Positions 1-9,820 of a stretch of 52,456 bases of DNA are shown in pieces (position 1 is the stretch's first letter; each line of letters starts with the position of its first letter). The stretch spans positions 1 to 52,456 of the IMG/VR virus record IMGVR_UViG_3300034082_002361; one strand, 5' to 3'. The position numbers and the translations under genes are program-made. This DNA is from a virus. Lineage: Duplodnaviria > Caudoviricetes. The notes beneath the pieces are model-generated. The model searched no databases. It was given only the letters and a program-made list of their open reading frames with translations, and was not told the origin of the DNA.

Positions 1-3000
1 TGGACCTTTGGCACAGATGCTGTCCTAACTTTACCTTCGGGCGCAACTATTTTAGAAAGCGGGTATGGAAGTGCAGGCGCTATAAGATTAAAACCCAATG
101 GTGGTACCAGCACACAGTATCTAGAAATAGCACCTACTACGGTGGATGGTAATCATGTTCATCTGATGGCTGGCAGCGGTACCGAACTGTTCCTAGGCGA
201 CGATAATCACTATGTTAAATTGGCCAATACTGGTGGTGTGGTAATCAACAGCAATGACAGTGCCGGCAATACTGCACAATGGACATTTGGCAAGACCGGA
301 ACTACACAATTCCCTAATAGCTTGATACTAGCACCAGTTAGTCAAAGTATCACTATGCAGAGTGATCAATATTCACAGTTGATGTGGGAAAACGCCAATC
401 TAACCGTAGCCCCAAATATGGCTATTAACTCAAACTTCTATGTAGCACAAAACAATGCTACCTTGGACATTGGCTATCGCGACGGTAGTGGCACCCAACT
501 AATCAAATCGTGGTATTGGAATGTAGATGGCATCATGACATTACCAACCGCTGGTCGAATAAATTTTGATAATCTTTCTATCAGCAGTGATGCCAATGTT
601 TCAGCATTTTATGCTCCGGCCGGAAATGTTCAACTTGCTGCCGGCATTGGTGATGCACAAATAGTTGCAAATTCTCTAAATGATTCTAAAACCTGGACCT
701 TTGGCAACACTGGTAATCTGACCATACCAGGTAGCATTAACTTTGCCAATGGTGTAAACATTTTATCCACAGTAGCTGGCACATATGGCAACACACAAGT
801 GGCCGCATATCTGCCCACATATACGGGCAATATCACTGCCGGTAACCTAACAATCACAGGTAACCTCAATCAGCCCAATCGCGGATTTGGCAATGGTCCA
901 GGAACCAATTTATACATCACCGCAGGTCACACCCAGGGCTGTAGTATACCGGGTGGTAACACCATAATATCTGGTGGATTAGGATATAATGGCATAGCAC
1001 ACAACGGTGGTAATGTAACTCTACGCACAGGCGATTACTACTCTAAGCAATGGAACTTTGATTACGCTGGTAATCTAACACTACCCGCGGGCGGCGTCAT
1101 TGCAGAAGGTGGTGGACTCACTGGTGCTATTCGACTCACGCCCGCAGGTGGTGCCAATGCTAACCAAGCATTGTTAATTTATCCTACAGGGGTCGCCGAA
1201 GGCGATCACATACACTTGACCGCAGGCGGAGGATCCACTGAACTGTATCTAGGCAATGACTTTCACTATGTCAAGTTGGTTGACGGCGGCAACATAGAAC
1301 TACGAGCCGCTACTGCAAATTTGTCTGCTCAGGCGGCCTGGACATTTGACACTACTGGCAATATAGATACCATCCAGGCGTTGGGGATAAAGGTTCCCGA
1401 CGGTGTGCCAACCAATGTTGCTATTATCAACAGCACCACCGGCAGTTGGGAAGCTAATCCCATGTCCAACTTGGCCACGACAGGCGGCACAGGATCTGGG
1501 CTGACTGTGAATGTTGCAGAGACTGGTGGATATGCCAGCACTATTGAAATAGCCACTGCCGGTACTGGATACACCAACGGCGATCTTATTACAGTCACAA
1601 GTGGCACATCAAATGCCACATTCACCATTGTTATTGGAGGTCGAAACAGTTGGCGGTTTGGTATAGATGGTAATTTAACATTACCCCAAACCGGATACCT
1701 GAAGGTGGGCTCGGGCATTGTACCTGCATTTATATCAAGTCCTGCACCAATCATTACTGGATTCAGTAACATCAGTGCTCAGAATTTTACTTTCTTGGCC
1801 AATGGTGTAAACATCCTGTCCGCTGTTGGTGCATATCAAACTTTTGCCAATGCTAATGCAGCCACGCAAGCCACCAGTATCAACACAATCAATAATACTT
1901 TGACCAGTGCAAATGTAGGTATTGGACTCGGTGCAGGTGCAACAAGCCAAGGTACTTCAGCTGTGGCCATTGGTGAAGGCGCAGGCTCACTAGATCAAGG
2001 ATTATACAGCGTGGCCATTGGCAACGATGCTGGTGCACAATATCAAGGCAACATTGCAGTGGCCGTTGGCGCCGGTGCTGGTAAAACCAATCAAGGCGAC
2101 TATGCTGTGGCCATTGGTAGAAATGCTGGCTACACCAATCAAGGCAACAACTCAATCATCATCAATGCAACCACTGGCACGTTAAATCAAACCCGAGCCA
2201 ACACATTCACAGTGGCTCCGGTTAGAAATGATGTGGCCAATGTGGCTCAGGTCATGTTCTACAACACCACGTCAAAAGAAGTCACATATGGCAACACCAT
2301 CAGCATTGCCGGCAACATCAATGCCAGTCAATTCAACTTTGCCAATGGTGTAAACATCTTGAGCACGGTAGGGGCAGGTAGTTATGGCAATGCCGAAGTG
2401 GCTGCATATCTGCTAAACTTTGATGGCGATATTGAATTTACTTCAAGCACAGCAAAGATTGGCAATGTGGATGTGATCACAGTGGGGGACCACATACGAA
2501 GTCCCGCCTACCAATTCAGCAACGGTACAAGTATTTTTAGTGGTATAACTGGAACATACAGCAACACCAATGTGGCCTCATACTTGACTACTGCCACAAT
2601 CACAACCACAGGCAATATCACTGCTGGTAATTTAACAACCTCGGGCACATTCACAGTGGCCAATATTACCACAACAGGTGCGTATGGTAACATCACTGGC
2701 GCCAATGTAATCAGTGCCAATACTGTCAGCGCCACAAACTATCTGTTTGCCAACGGTGTAAACATATTGAGCACAGTAGCAGGTACATATGGTAATGCCA
2801 ATGTGACCAGCTATTTCCAAAGTCTAACATCACTGGCACTTGGCTCAGGTGCAGGTGCTACAGCACAAGGCGTCGGCTCTGTTGCACTGGGCGTCAACGC
2901 TGGCAATGATCAAGGCTATTACGCAGTAGCCATTGGTATTGGTTCCGGCAGAGTTGCACAAGCTGACAGCGCAGTGGCCATTGGTGGCGAAGCAGGTTGG

Positions 3001-3618
3001 GTCAGTCAAGGCATTAACTCTGTTGCTGTTGGATACCGTGCCGGTACAACCAATCAAGCCAACAGCTCAATTATATTGAACGCAACTGGTGCTAATCTAA
3101 ATGCAACCACAGCCAACACATTCACTGTGGCACCTGTCAGAAATGATGTGGCCAATGTGGCTCAGGTCCTGTTCTACAACACCACATCAAAAGAAATCAC
3201 ATACGGCAATACCATCAGCATTGCTGGTAATCTTGCAGTTGCTGGCAATGTGGTACAGCAAAGTGCCTACTACGAAACCTATAGCAACGTCACCAACTCA
3301 GGTGGTAACCTGACCTGTAACTTTGTGAATGGTGCAACGTTCTATGCCACACTCACTGCCAACGTCACAGTGAACTTTACCAATGTTGTGGCCACAGCAG
3401 GTAGAGTAACAGGTGCCACACTGATCGTAGATCAAGATGCCACTGCATATCGTGTGGCCAACATTCAGATCAACAGTGGTGGCATACAGACAATCAAGTA
3501 TGCAGGTGGCACACCAAACACAGGCACAGCCAGCAACACAGACGTCATGAGCTTTAGCTTGATCAGCTTGGATGGTACCAACTGGCGCATACTGGGACAG
3601 ATTGCAAACTATGGGTAA
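1..3618 (+). CDS. Large tail fibre / adhesin-like virion protein, 5'-truncated by the window edge
   Basis: Frame is open from base 1 (WTFGTDAVLTLPSG...), so 142 is not the true start. G/N/T/A-rich, with repeated W(T/N/R)FxxxGxLTLP modules, YadA-head-like AVAIG repeats and 4 ANGVNILS linkers. Confidence 0.8.
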   Translation, partial: WTFGTDAVLTLPSGATILESGYGSAGAIRLKPNGGTSTQYLEIAPTTVDGNHVHLMAGSGTELFLGDDNHYVKLANTGGVVINSNDSAGNTAQWTFGKTGTTQFPNSLILAPVSQSITMQSDQYSQLMWENANLTVAPNMAINSNFYVAQNNATLDIGYRDGSGTQLIKSWYWNVDGIMTLPTAGRINFDNLSISSDANVSAFYAPAGNVQLAAGIGDAQIVANSLNDSKTWTFGNTGNLTIPGSINFANGVNILSTVAGTYGNTQVAAYLPTYTGNITAGNLTITGNLNQPNRGFGNGPGTNLYITAGHTQGCSIPGGNTIISGGLGYNGIAHNGGNVTLRTGDYYSKQWNFDYAGNLTLPAGGVIAEGGGLTGAIRLTPAGGANANQALLIYPTGVAEGDHIHLTAGGGSTELYLGNDFHYVKLVDGGNIELRAATANLSAQAAWTFDTTGNIDTIQALGIKVPDGVPTNVAIINSTTGSWEANPMSNLATTGGTGSGLTVNVAETGGYASTIEIATAGTGYTNGDLITVTSGTSNATFTIVIGGRNSWRFGIDGNLTLPQTGYLKVGSGIVPAFISSPAPIITGFSNISAQNFTFLANGVNILSAVGAYQTFANANAATQATSINTINNTLTSANVGIGLGAGATSQGTSAVAIGEGAGSLDQGLYSVAIGNDAGAQYQGNIAVAVGAGAGKTNQGDYAVAIGRNAGYTNQGNNSIIINATTGTLNQTRANTFTVAPVRNDVANVAQVMFYNTTSKEVTYGNTISIAGNINASQFNFANGVNILSTVGAGSYGNAEVAAYLLNFDGDIEFTSSTAKIGNVDVITVGDHIRSPAYQFSNGTSIFSGITGTYSNTNVASYLTTATITTTGNITAGNLTTSGTFTVANITTTGAYGNITGANVISANTVSATNYLFANGVNILSTVAGTYGNANVTSYFQSLTSLALGSGAGATAQGVGSVALGVNAGNDQGYYAVAIGIGSGRVAQADSAVAIGGEAGWVSQGINSVAVGYRAGTTNQANSSIILNATGANLNATTANTFTVAPVRNDVANVAQVLFYNTTSKEITYGNTISIAGNLAVAGNVVQQSAYYETYSNVTNSGGNLTCNFVNGATFYATLTANVTVNFTNVVATAGRVTGATLIVDQDATAYRVANIQINSGGIQTIKYAGGTPNTGTASNTDVMSFSLISLDGTNWRILGQIANYG
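2196..3230 (+). repeat. Internal direct repeat of about 120 nt in the fibre gene (2196-2315 vs 3111-3230)
   Basis: Both copies encode ANTFTVAPVRNDVANVAQV(M/L)FYNTTSKE(V/I)TYGNTISIAGN with near-identical DNA; offset 915 nt. Confidence 0.9.
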
Positions 3619-4354
3619 ACTGGGTAGATTCAGTGCTATTCACCAACCTGCACAGAAGATAATTCGTCGTCGGATTGTAGTGCCATCGGCTCCGGCGTCT
3701 TTCGCCAACCCTGCACTGACAATAGGTTCAGCTGTTACCACTGTGGCACAGAGTCCGTTTGCAGGTGGTGGCAACAGTTATAGTTTTACTAGCAGTGTGA
3801 ATTCGTTTATTGATACACCTGCTAGTGCAGACTGGGCTGTGGGCACAGGAGATTTTACCATAGAGTGGTTCAGCTATCAAACTACACTGTCGGGATTTCA
3901 ACGAGCATTTACAGTAGACGACTTTGCTAGTATTGACATTGGCAGCAGTATAGAATCAGGTACATTTTACTATTGGGCCAACGACAGTTTTAGATACAGT
4001 TCATCCTCGGCAGCTACAGCCAATGTTTGGACCCACTGGGCTATAGTTCGTGCCAGCGGCATCACCAAGGTGTACAGGAACGGCACACAGTTGGGCAGTC
4101 AAATCACTGACGCCAACAACATTACAAACATTGTGGATGAATTAACTATCGGGAATGAGAATACCGCAACTACTTTAGCTGCCTTTGTGGGGTATATCAC
4201 CAACTTCCGTTGGGTAAAAGGACTGGCAGTTTATACTGGCAACTTTACTGTGCCTACATCGGCACTAACCGCGGAAGCTGCGGCCAATCCTTACGGTGGT
4301 TCTAACACAGTGGCTATTGGTGCAGGATTCACCAAACTGTTGCTAGTACCTTAA
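3611..4354 (+). CDS. Concanavalin A/LamG-like lectin-domain virion protein
   Basis: GTGDFTIEW, WTHWAIVR-SG-TKVYRNG and FVGYITNFRWVKG motifs. ATG at 3611 overlaps the end of the fibre gene. Confidence 0.75.
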   Translation: MGKLGRFSAIHQPAQKIIRRRIVVPSAPASFANPALTIGSAVTTVAQSPFAGGGNSYSFTSSVNSFIDTPASADWAVGTGDFTIEWFSYQTTLSGFQRAFTVDDFASIDIGSSIESGTFYYWANDSFRYSSSSAATANVWTHWAIVRASGITKVYRNGTQLGSQITDANNITNIVDELTIGNENTATTLAAFVGYITNFRWVKGLAVYTGNFTVPTSALTAEAAANPYGGSNTVAIGAGFTKLLLVP

Positions 4355-4372
4355 TAACGCCATAAGTACACA

Positions 4373-4456
4373 ATGCTATATATTATCTCAGCGTTGGTGA
4401 CTCTGGCACAGATACAAGCTCAGTATGCGGCTTACAAAACAAGATTTGGATATTAA
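4373..4456 (+). pseudogene. 27-aa remnant/chimeric ORF (MLYIISALVTLAQIQAQYAAYKTRFGY)
   Basis: Translated by hand. The C-terminus parallels the end of the next LamG gene (LSAGQVAQNFTADRARFGL). Confidence 0.55.
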
Positions 4457-4460
4457 CATT

Positions 4461-5261
4461 ATGGACATAGGCGGCGGAATTCAAATTGGTGCTGGTATTA
4501 ATATAACTACAGATAATTTTGTTCCTGTTGTTACCACAGGATTACAATTATATTTAGATGCAGGTAATGTGGCAAGTTATCCAGGTAGTGGCACGGTGTG
4601 GACAGATTTAATTAGTGGAAGAGTTTTTGATTTGTACAATGGTGGTCGTACAAGTCCAGTTAAAACTGATCCGCCAACGTATAATTCTGGTAACGGTGGC
4701 TACATACAATTCGATAATAGTAAACTGCAATGGGCTTACTCTACTAGTGCATTGCCCGACATTAATAGTTATAGTGTGGATGGCTGGTGGAATCCTGATA
4801 GCGTAAATACCAGTTCATCGGTATTTGATTTAATTTCTGATAGATTAAATTCTCGTTTTAACTATGCGTTAGGCATGGGTCGATTAACAGCCAATAAATT
4901 TCAACTTTACCATTTAAAGGCAGGTGCAGGTCCAAAAGTTGACTCCACGAATAATGCCAACACTTATTTTAATACTGGCTGGTGGCACATTTGCGGAACA
5001 TTTAATAATTCTACTTCTAAAATGAATTTGTATATAAACGGTGCTTTGGCTGCTACAGAAGTAACGATAGGTGCCGGTGGAACACCGTTAAGCGGTAATG
5101 CAGGCATACATATGGCCACACGAAATGATACTACCAATCCAACCACGGTATCTAATTTCTTAAATGGTGGTGTTGCAGTGGCACGTATTTACAATGTGGC
5201 TTTATCAGCAGGACAAGTTGCACAAAATTTTACAGCAGATAGAGCAAGATTTGGATTATGA
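4461..5261 (+). CDS. LamG-like lectin-domain virion protein
   Basis: GLQLYLDAGNxxSYPGSGTVWTDL N-terminal motif, WWHICGTF..LYING, RIYNVALS..RFGL. Start placed at MDIGGGIQIG (4461). Confidence 0.75.
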   Translation: MDIGGGIQIGAGINITTDNFVPVVTTGLQLYLDAGNVASYPGSGTVWTDLISGRVFDLYNGGRTSPVKTDPPTYNSGNGGYIQFDNSKLQWAYSTSALPDINSYSVDGWWNPDSVNTSSSVFDLISDRLNSRFNYALGMGRLTANKFQLYHLKAGAGPKVDSTNNANTYFNTGWWHICGTFNNSTSKMNLYINGALAATEVTIGAGGTPLSGNAGIHMATRNDTTNPTTVSNFLNGGVAVARIYNVALSAGQVAQNFTADRARFGL

Positions 5262-5274
5262 CAATTACAAAAGT

Positions 5275-5303
5275 TTGACTTTTGCCGTTTAGTAAGTTAT
5301 AAT
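5275..5303 (+). promoter_or_regulatory. sigma70-type promoter of primase (probably leaderless mRNA)
   Basis: TTGACT(5275-5280)-17 nt-TATAAT(5298-5303); ATG only 6 nt downstream, no SD. Confidence 0.8.
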
Positions 5304-5309
5304 ACATCA

Positions 5310-6332
5310 ATGATTGATTCTATTCAGCAAAGTGTTTTGCAACTGCTACCTGCCCGTAAAAAAACGGGTCAGAATGGCTGGATATCATTTAACGCACCTT
5401 GCTGTGTGCATAACGGTGAAAGTGCGGACACAAGAGCACGTGGTGGTCTCAAAACGGATAACGGCAAAGTAAGTTATCATTGTTTCAATTGTCAATTCAA
5501 AGCCAGCTATCAGCCAGGTCGGCACTTGACGTACAAGTTTCGTAAGTTCTTGTCTTGGTTGGGTGCAGATGACAATACTGTACGCAGATTGGTTATTGAT
5601 GCAGTACGTTTAAAAGACCTAGTAGCCCCAGAAGCAATTGCTGAACCCGAGCAAGAGATCCGGTTCGAGGCAAGGACCTTGCCAGCTGAAGCCAGAAACA
5701 TTGTGGACCTGGCTTCATTTTACGCCACTGGTGACTATAATCATGTGCCGCCAGAGTTGTTGGCCACAATTGAATATGTGCATCGCAGACAGATTGACAT
5801 AAACCGATACAAATTTTATTGGACTCCAGAACCTGCATACAATTTGTATCGTAGAATCGTTGTTCCGTTTTATTACAAACAACAAGTGATTGGTTATACG
5901 TCTAGAGCTGTGGTGGATTCAATTAAACCCAAATACTGGAGCAATCATCCTGCAGATTTTGTGTTTAACTTGGATGCACAAAAGTCATCATGGCAGTTTG
6001 TTGTGGTATGTGAAGGGCCATTTGATGCCATGAGCGTGGATGGTGTTGCAGTCTGTGGCGCAGAAATAAGCGACCAACAGGCAGAACTAATTGATCGTTT
6101 ACAACGTGAAGTTGTTGTTGTACCTGACAGAGATCTGACAGGACGTAGATTAGTTGATCGTGCAATAGAGCTAGGATGGTCTGTGAGCTTTCCGGTATGG
6201 TTAGAAACCTGCAAAGACATCAACGAAGCCGTGGTCAAGTATGGTAAGTTGTTCGTGCTCAAATCAATAATTGACACCAGAGAAACCAACCGATTAAAGA
6301 TTGAACTAAAGAAGAAAAGGAGATACGCATGA
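5310..6332 (+). CDS. DNA primase (T4 gp61-like)
   Basis: N-terminal Zn-binding region (PCCVH...HCFNC); TOPRIM motifs VCEGPFDAM, PDRD, CKDINE. Confidence 0.9.
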   Translation: MIDSIQQSVLQLLPARKKTGQNGWISFNAPCCVHNGESADTRARGGLKTDNGKVSYHCFNCQFKASYQPGRHLTYKFRKFLSWLGADDNTVRRLVIDAVRLKDLVAPEAIAEPEQEIRFEARTLPAEARNIVDLASFYATGDYNHVPPELLATIEYVHRRQIDINRYKFYWTPEPAYNLYRRIVVPFYYKQQVIGYTSRAVVDSIKPKYWSNHPADFVFNLDAQKSSWQFVVVCEGPFDAMSVDGVAVCGAEISDQQAELIDRLQREVVVVPDRDLTGRRLVDRAIELGWSVSFPVWLETCKDINEAVVKYGKLFVLKSIIDTRETNRLKIELKKKRRYA

Positions 6333-7096
6333 CAACATTTACCTTCGTGGGGTGTTCGTTTACCACCGGAGAAGGATTGGAGTTCGAAAAAGATGATCCG
6401 GGTAATTATACAAATTTAGTTGCTGCTCATTTCAACACACAATCTAATAATCTGGCATTACGGGGAAACACTAATTATAATATTTTTATAACTGCGCTTA
6501 ATCAACTATTGTATTCAACCGCAGATAAATTATTTGTACAATGGACTTCATTGAATAGATTATGGCTATATCCGGGCCCGGATACAACAATAAGCTTGTC
6601 ACATACAATTGTCGACGACTATAAATATAGAGATTTATTTTTTTCAAAGAAAGATCTACAAAAAGTAACAGATATATATCATCTATTAAACCACGACTAT
6701 CATAATCTTTTAGAATTAATAAATTATTCAAAAATATTAGAATCTGTTGCTAAAGAAAAAACACAATTAGTTTTTATAAATGGGTTAGTACCATGGACTA
6801 AAGAAATTAACGATATGTCCACGGTCACTGACTATTCAACAAAACTCAGCAAATACTCAAAAGAAATATTGGAATTTGACGGCAGAGATGACCAGGAATT
6901 GGACAAATTTTTCATTGAGTTAAATTATAAAATAAACCGTTTACAACACAACCAATGGGTAAACATTTTTGAATCACTAAGTGAATTACAAGTAGATGTT
7001 GGTAACGATAATCAACATCCGGGACCTAGCAGTCATAAATTATATGCAACTAACATTATTAATTATTTAAATAATCACAATGACAAAAGATTATAA
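6329..7096 (+). CDS. SGNH/GDSL-like hydrolase or acyltransferase
   Basis: FVGCSFTTG block I, NLALRG block II and C-terminal DNQHP (DxxHP). AT-rich, sits between primase and helicase. Confidence 0.6.
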   Translation: MTTFTFVGCSFTTGEGLEFEKDDPGNYTNLVAAHFNTQSNNLALRGNTNYNIFITALNQLLYSTADKLFVQWTSLNRLWLYPGPDTTISLSHTIVDDYKYRDLFFSKKDLQKVTDIYHLLNHDYHNLLELINYSKILESVAKEKTQLVFINGLVPWTKEINDMSTVTDYSTKLSKYSKEILEFDGRDDQELDKFFIELNYKINRLQHNQWVNIFESLSELQVDVGNDNQHPGPSSHKLYATNIINYLNNHNDKRL

Positions 7097-8507
7097 TCCT
7101 GAAGTACAGAAATTATTTCTAGAGATGATGATGCAAGACGCAGAAACTTATGTGCGTGTACAGAACATCTACAATCCAGAAAATTTTGATCGTAGCTTGC
7201 GTGCAGTGGCAGAGTTTATTAAACGGCACAGCGACGATCATAAAACATTACCTACCAGAGATCAGATTCGAGCCACCACTGGAGTAGAGCTACGTCCGGT
7301 ACCTGACATGATTGAAGGACACTACAACTGGTTTTTAGAAGAGTTCGAAGGCTTTAGCAGACGCAATGAATTAGAGCGTGCTATTTTAAAAGCCGCAGAC
7401 TTGCTGGAAAAAGGTGAATACGATCCTGTGGAGAAACTGATTAAAGATGCAGTACAGATCAGTCTAACCAAAGACATGGGCACAGATTATTTTGCTGATC
7501 CTAGAGCTAGACTGTTGGCCATCAAGAGCAACAACGGGCAGGTCAGTACAGGGTGGCCCACAATGGATGCACGACTGTTTGGCGGAATGAACAGGGGTGA
7601 GTTAAACATCTTTGCCGGCGGATCAGGATCTGGTAAAAGTTTATTCATGCAGAATATCGCTATCAATTGGTTGCAGGCCGGACTTAATGGGGTATTTTTA
7701 ACATTGGAACTCAGCGAAGGGCTCACTGCCATGCGTATGGATGCCATGGTGGCAAATTGCAGCACCAAAGAAATATTCAAGGATCTAGACACACTGGAAA
7801 TGAAGATACGCATGGCAGGAAAGAAGTCGGGCAAACTGCGTATCAAGTACATGCCAGCACAAAGCAATGTGAATCAAATACGTGCATACCTGAAAGAATT
7901 AGAAATACAAACTGGAATGAAGTCTGATTTTATCATGGTTGATTACTTGGACTTGGTCATGCCGGTTAGTGCCAAAGTTAGCCCCAGTGACTTGTTTGTC
8001 AAGGACAAGTATGTAAGTGAAGAATTACGTAACCTGGCCAAAGAATTCAATATCTTGATGATCACTGCAAGTCAATTGAACCGTAGTGCAGTAGAAGAAA
8101 TTGAATTTGATCACAGTCATATTTCAGGCGGCATAAGTAAAATTAACACAGCAGATAATGTGTTTGGTATTTTTACCAGCCGCGCCATGAAAGAGCGAGG
8201 CCGGTACCAGATCCAATTGATGAAGACACGTAGCAGCAGCGGTGTTGGAACCAAAGTGGATCTAGAATTTAATATGGAAAGCTTGCGAATCACCGACCCC
8301 GGTGAAGATGCACAAACTGAAAACGGTGGCTTTGGTCATCAGACCAGTCGAGGCATCATGGATCAAATCAAGGGCACAAGCACTGTTTCTCCCATGATTG
8401 CAGCCAAACCGCGAGAAGGTTTCAATATTGAAAGCAAAATAGTAGGCAACGTTGACAGTGCTAAACTAAAACAAATGCTTGCTGGAATTAAGAACAAATC
8501 AGAATGA
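7080..8507 (+). CDS. Replicative DnaB-family helicase (T4 gp41-like)
   Basis: Walker A GGSGSGKS, TLELSE, Walker B IMVDYLD, TASQLNR, KTR motifs. Confidence 0.93.
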   Translation: MTKDYNPEVQKLFLEMMMQDAETYVRVQNIYNPENFDRSLRAVAEFIKRHSDDHKTLPTRDQIRATTGVELRPVPDMIEGHYNWFLEEFEGFSRRNELERAILKAADLLEKGEYDPVEKLIKDAVQISLTKDMGTDYFADPRARLLAIKSNNGQVSTGWPTMDARLFGGMNRGELNIFAGGSGSGKSLFMQNIAINWLQAGLNGVFLTLELSEGLTAMRMDAMVANCSTKEIFKDLDTLEMKIRMAGKKSGKLRIKYMPAQSNVNQIRAYLKELEIQTGMKSDFIMVDYLDLVMPVSAKVSPSDLFVKDKYVSEELRNLAKEFNILMITASQLNRSAVEEIEFDHSHISGGISKINTADNVFGIFTSRAMKERGRYQIQLMKTRSSSGVGTKVDLEFNMESLRITDPGEDAQTENGGFGHQTSRGIMDQIKGTSTVSPMIAAKPREGFNIESKIVGNVDSAKLKQMLAGIKNKSE

Positions 8508-8998
8508 CACAACCTACCAGCGAAACAATAAATTTTGAGCTACACCTTTTGTCTGAATTCTGGAATACGCCGCCGTTGGCAACCATCACACTTGATGGTT
8601 GCGAATATTTTAATGGCCCAGTTCCTGCAGGATCAACAGTTGTAAAGTTTAATCATACCTGTGACTTTGATAAATCACACAGGTTAACTTTGGACAGACA
8701 AGGCAAGACCGTTGACGAAATTCGTACTGAGCCTGATGGGACACGATCAGAACAGTACTTAACCATTGAGAAAATCAAGATAGATGGAGTAGATATAAGA
8801 AATATTATTTGGACTTACAGTGTTAACGTTCCGGAGTATCCTGAACCTTGGGCATCAATGCACATTGCAGCAGGCAATCAGTTAAACAAAGAGGTAATAG
8901 GCGAAACTAGATTTGGTCATAATGGAACGTGGCACTTGGATTTTACAAGCCCGTTTTATATTTACATAATGAGATGGATGGGAGGAGGACTACATTGA
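8504..8998 (+). CDS. Hypothetical protein
   Basis: 164-aa ORF coupled to helicase by ATGA overlap; no recognisable motif. Confidence 0.7.
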   Translation: MTQPTSETINFELHLLSEFWNTPPLATITLDGCEYFNGPVPAGSTVVKFNHTCDFDKSHRLTLDRQGKTVDEIRTEPDGTRSEQYLTIEKIKIDGVDIRNIIWTYSVNVPEYPEPWASMHIAAGNQLNKEVIGETRFGHNGTWHLDFTSPFYIYIMRWMGGGLH

Positions 8999-9819
8999 TT
9001 ATATATAACGGTATAGAATTAAACGAACGACTTATTCCTGTGGCAGATGCTTACATGATGAGTCTTAAACAAAACTGGTATGCACAGTCACAGAAAATAG
9101 TTGACAAAGATGCCTTTAGTAACGTAGCCAACACATGGTTTAAATCAAGCAAGCTGGTAAATCTTCATGGGTGGAACCAGTTTCCGTGTGTTGACGTGAC
9201 CATGGGCAATACTCATTACATTGAATCGTTTGTGCTAAAATATGGATGGGACAATTTTCAGCTTCTGCCTGAAGATTACGGGTATTATGCCATGATGGGA
9301 AAATTTGGTACACATCCAGGCGAACTTACTCCAAACATGCCATTAATAGTATCTTTACCAAACTGGAAATATGCAGATATTCGTCCAGAATGGAACGACG
9401 TGTTAAAGGAATGCGAAGAAAAGAACATTGATATACACATTGACTTTGCTTGGTTAACCACAGCAAGGGATATTGATTTTGACGTAGGGCATCCTAACAT
9501 AAAGTCATTGGCAATGAGCATGAGCAAATATAACATGCAGTGGAACAGAGTGGGATTGCGTTGGTCAAAACAACGTACCATGGATTCTATTACTATGTTT
9601 AACCATTATTACGGTGATGTCAACAGTGGAATTATATCATGCGGTGCATACATGATGAATAACTTACCAAGAGACTATGTATGGGATGTGTATGGCGCAA
9701 AATATGACAGTTTGTGCCAAGAGCATAATTTGATTAAAACTAAGATGTTACACGTGGCCAAAATCCCCGGAGATGATTATCCCAAAGGAATTGGCCATCT
9801 ATTAAAGGAAGGAGAATAA
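8995..9819 (+). CDS. PLP-dependent (fold type I aminotransferase-like) enzyme
   Basis: IHIDFAW (DxA) and SMSK...RVG resemble the SxSK...RxG PLP-lysine motif. TTG start at 8995 follows GGAGGAGG and overlaps the upstream stop. Confidence 0.55.
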   Translation: MIIYNGIELNERLIPVADAYMMSLKQNWYAQSQKIVDKDAFSNVANTWFKSSKLVNLHGWNQFPCVDVTMGNTHYIESFVLKYGWDNFQLLPEDYGYYAMMGKFGTHPGELTPNMPLIVSLPNWKYADIRPEWNDVLKECEEKNIDIHIDFAWLTTARDIDFDVGHPNIKSLAMSMSKYNMQWNRVGLRWSKQRTMDSITMFNHYYGDVNSGIISCGAYMMNNLPRDYVWDVYGAKYDSLCQEHNLIKTKMLHVAKIPGDDYPKGIGHLLKEGE

Positions 9820-9820
9820 A

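Noticed and set aside
1-5261. Diversity-generating retroelement or invertible tail-fibre cassette
   Set aside because: Repeat differences are not confined to adenines, all repeats are direct, and no reverse transcriptase or invertase is in the window.
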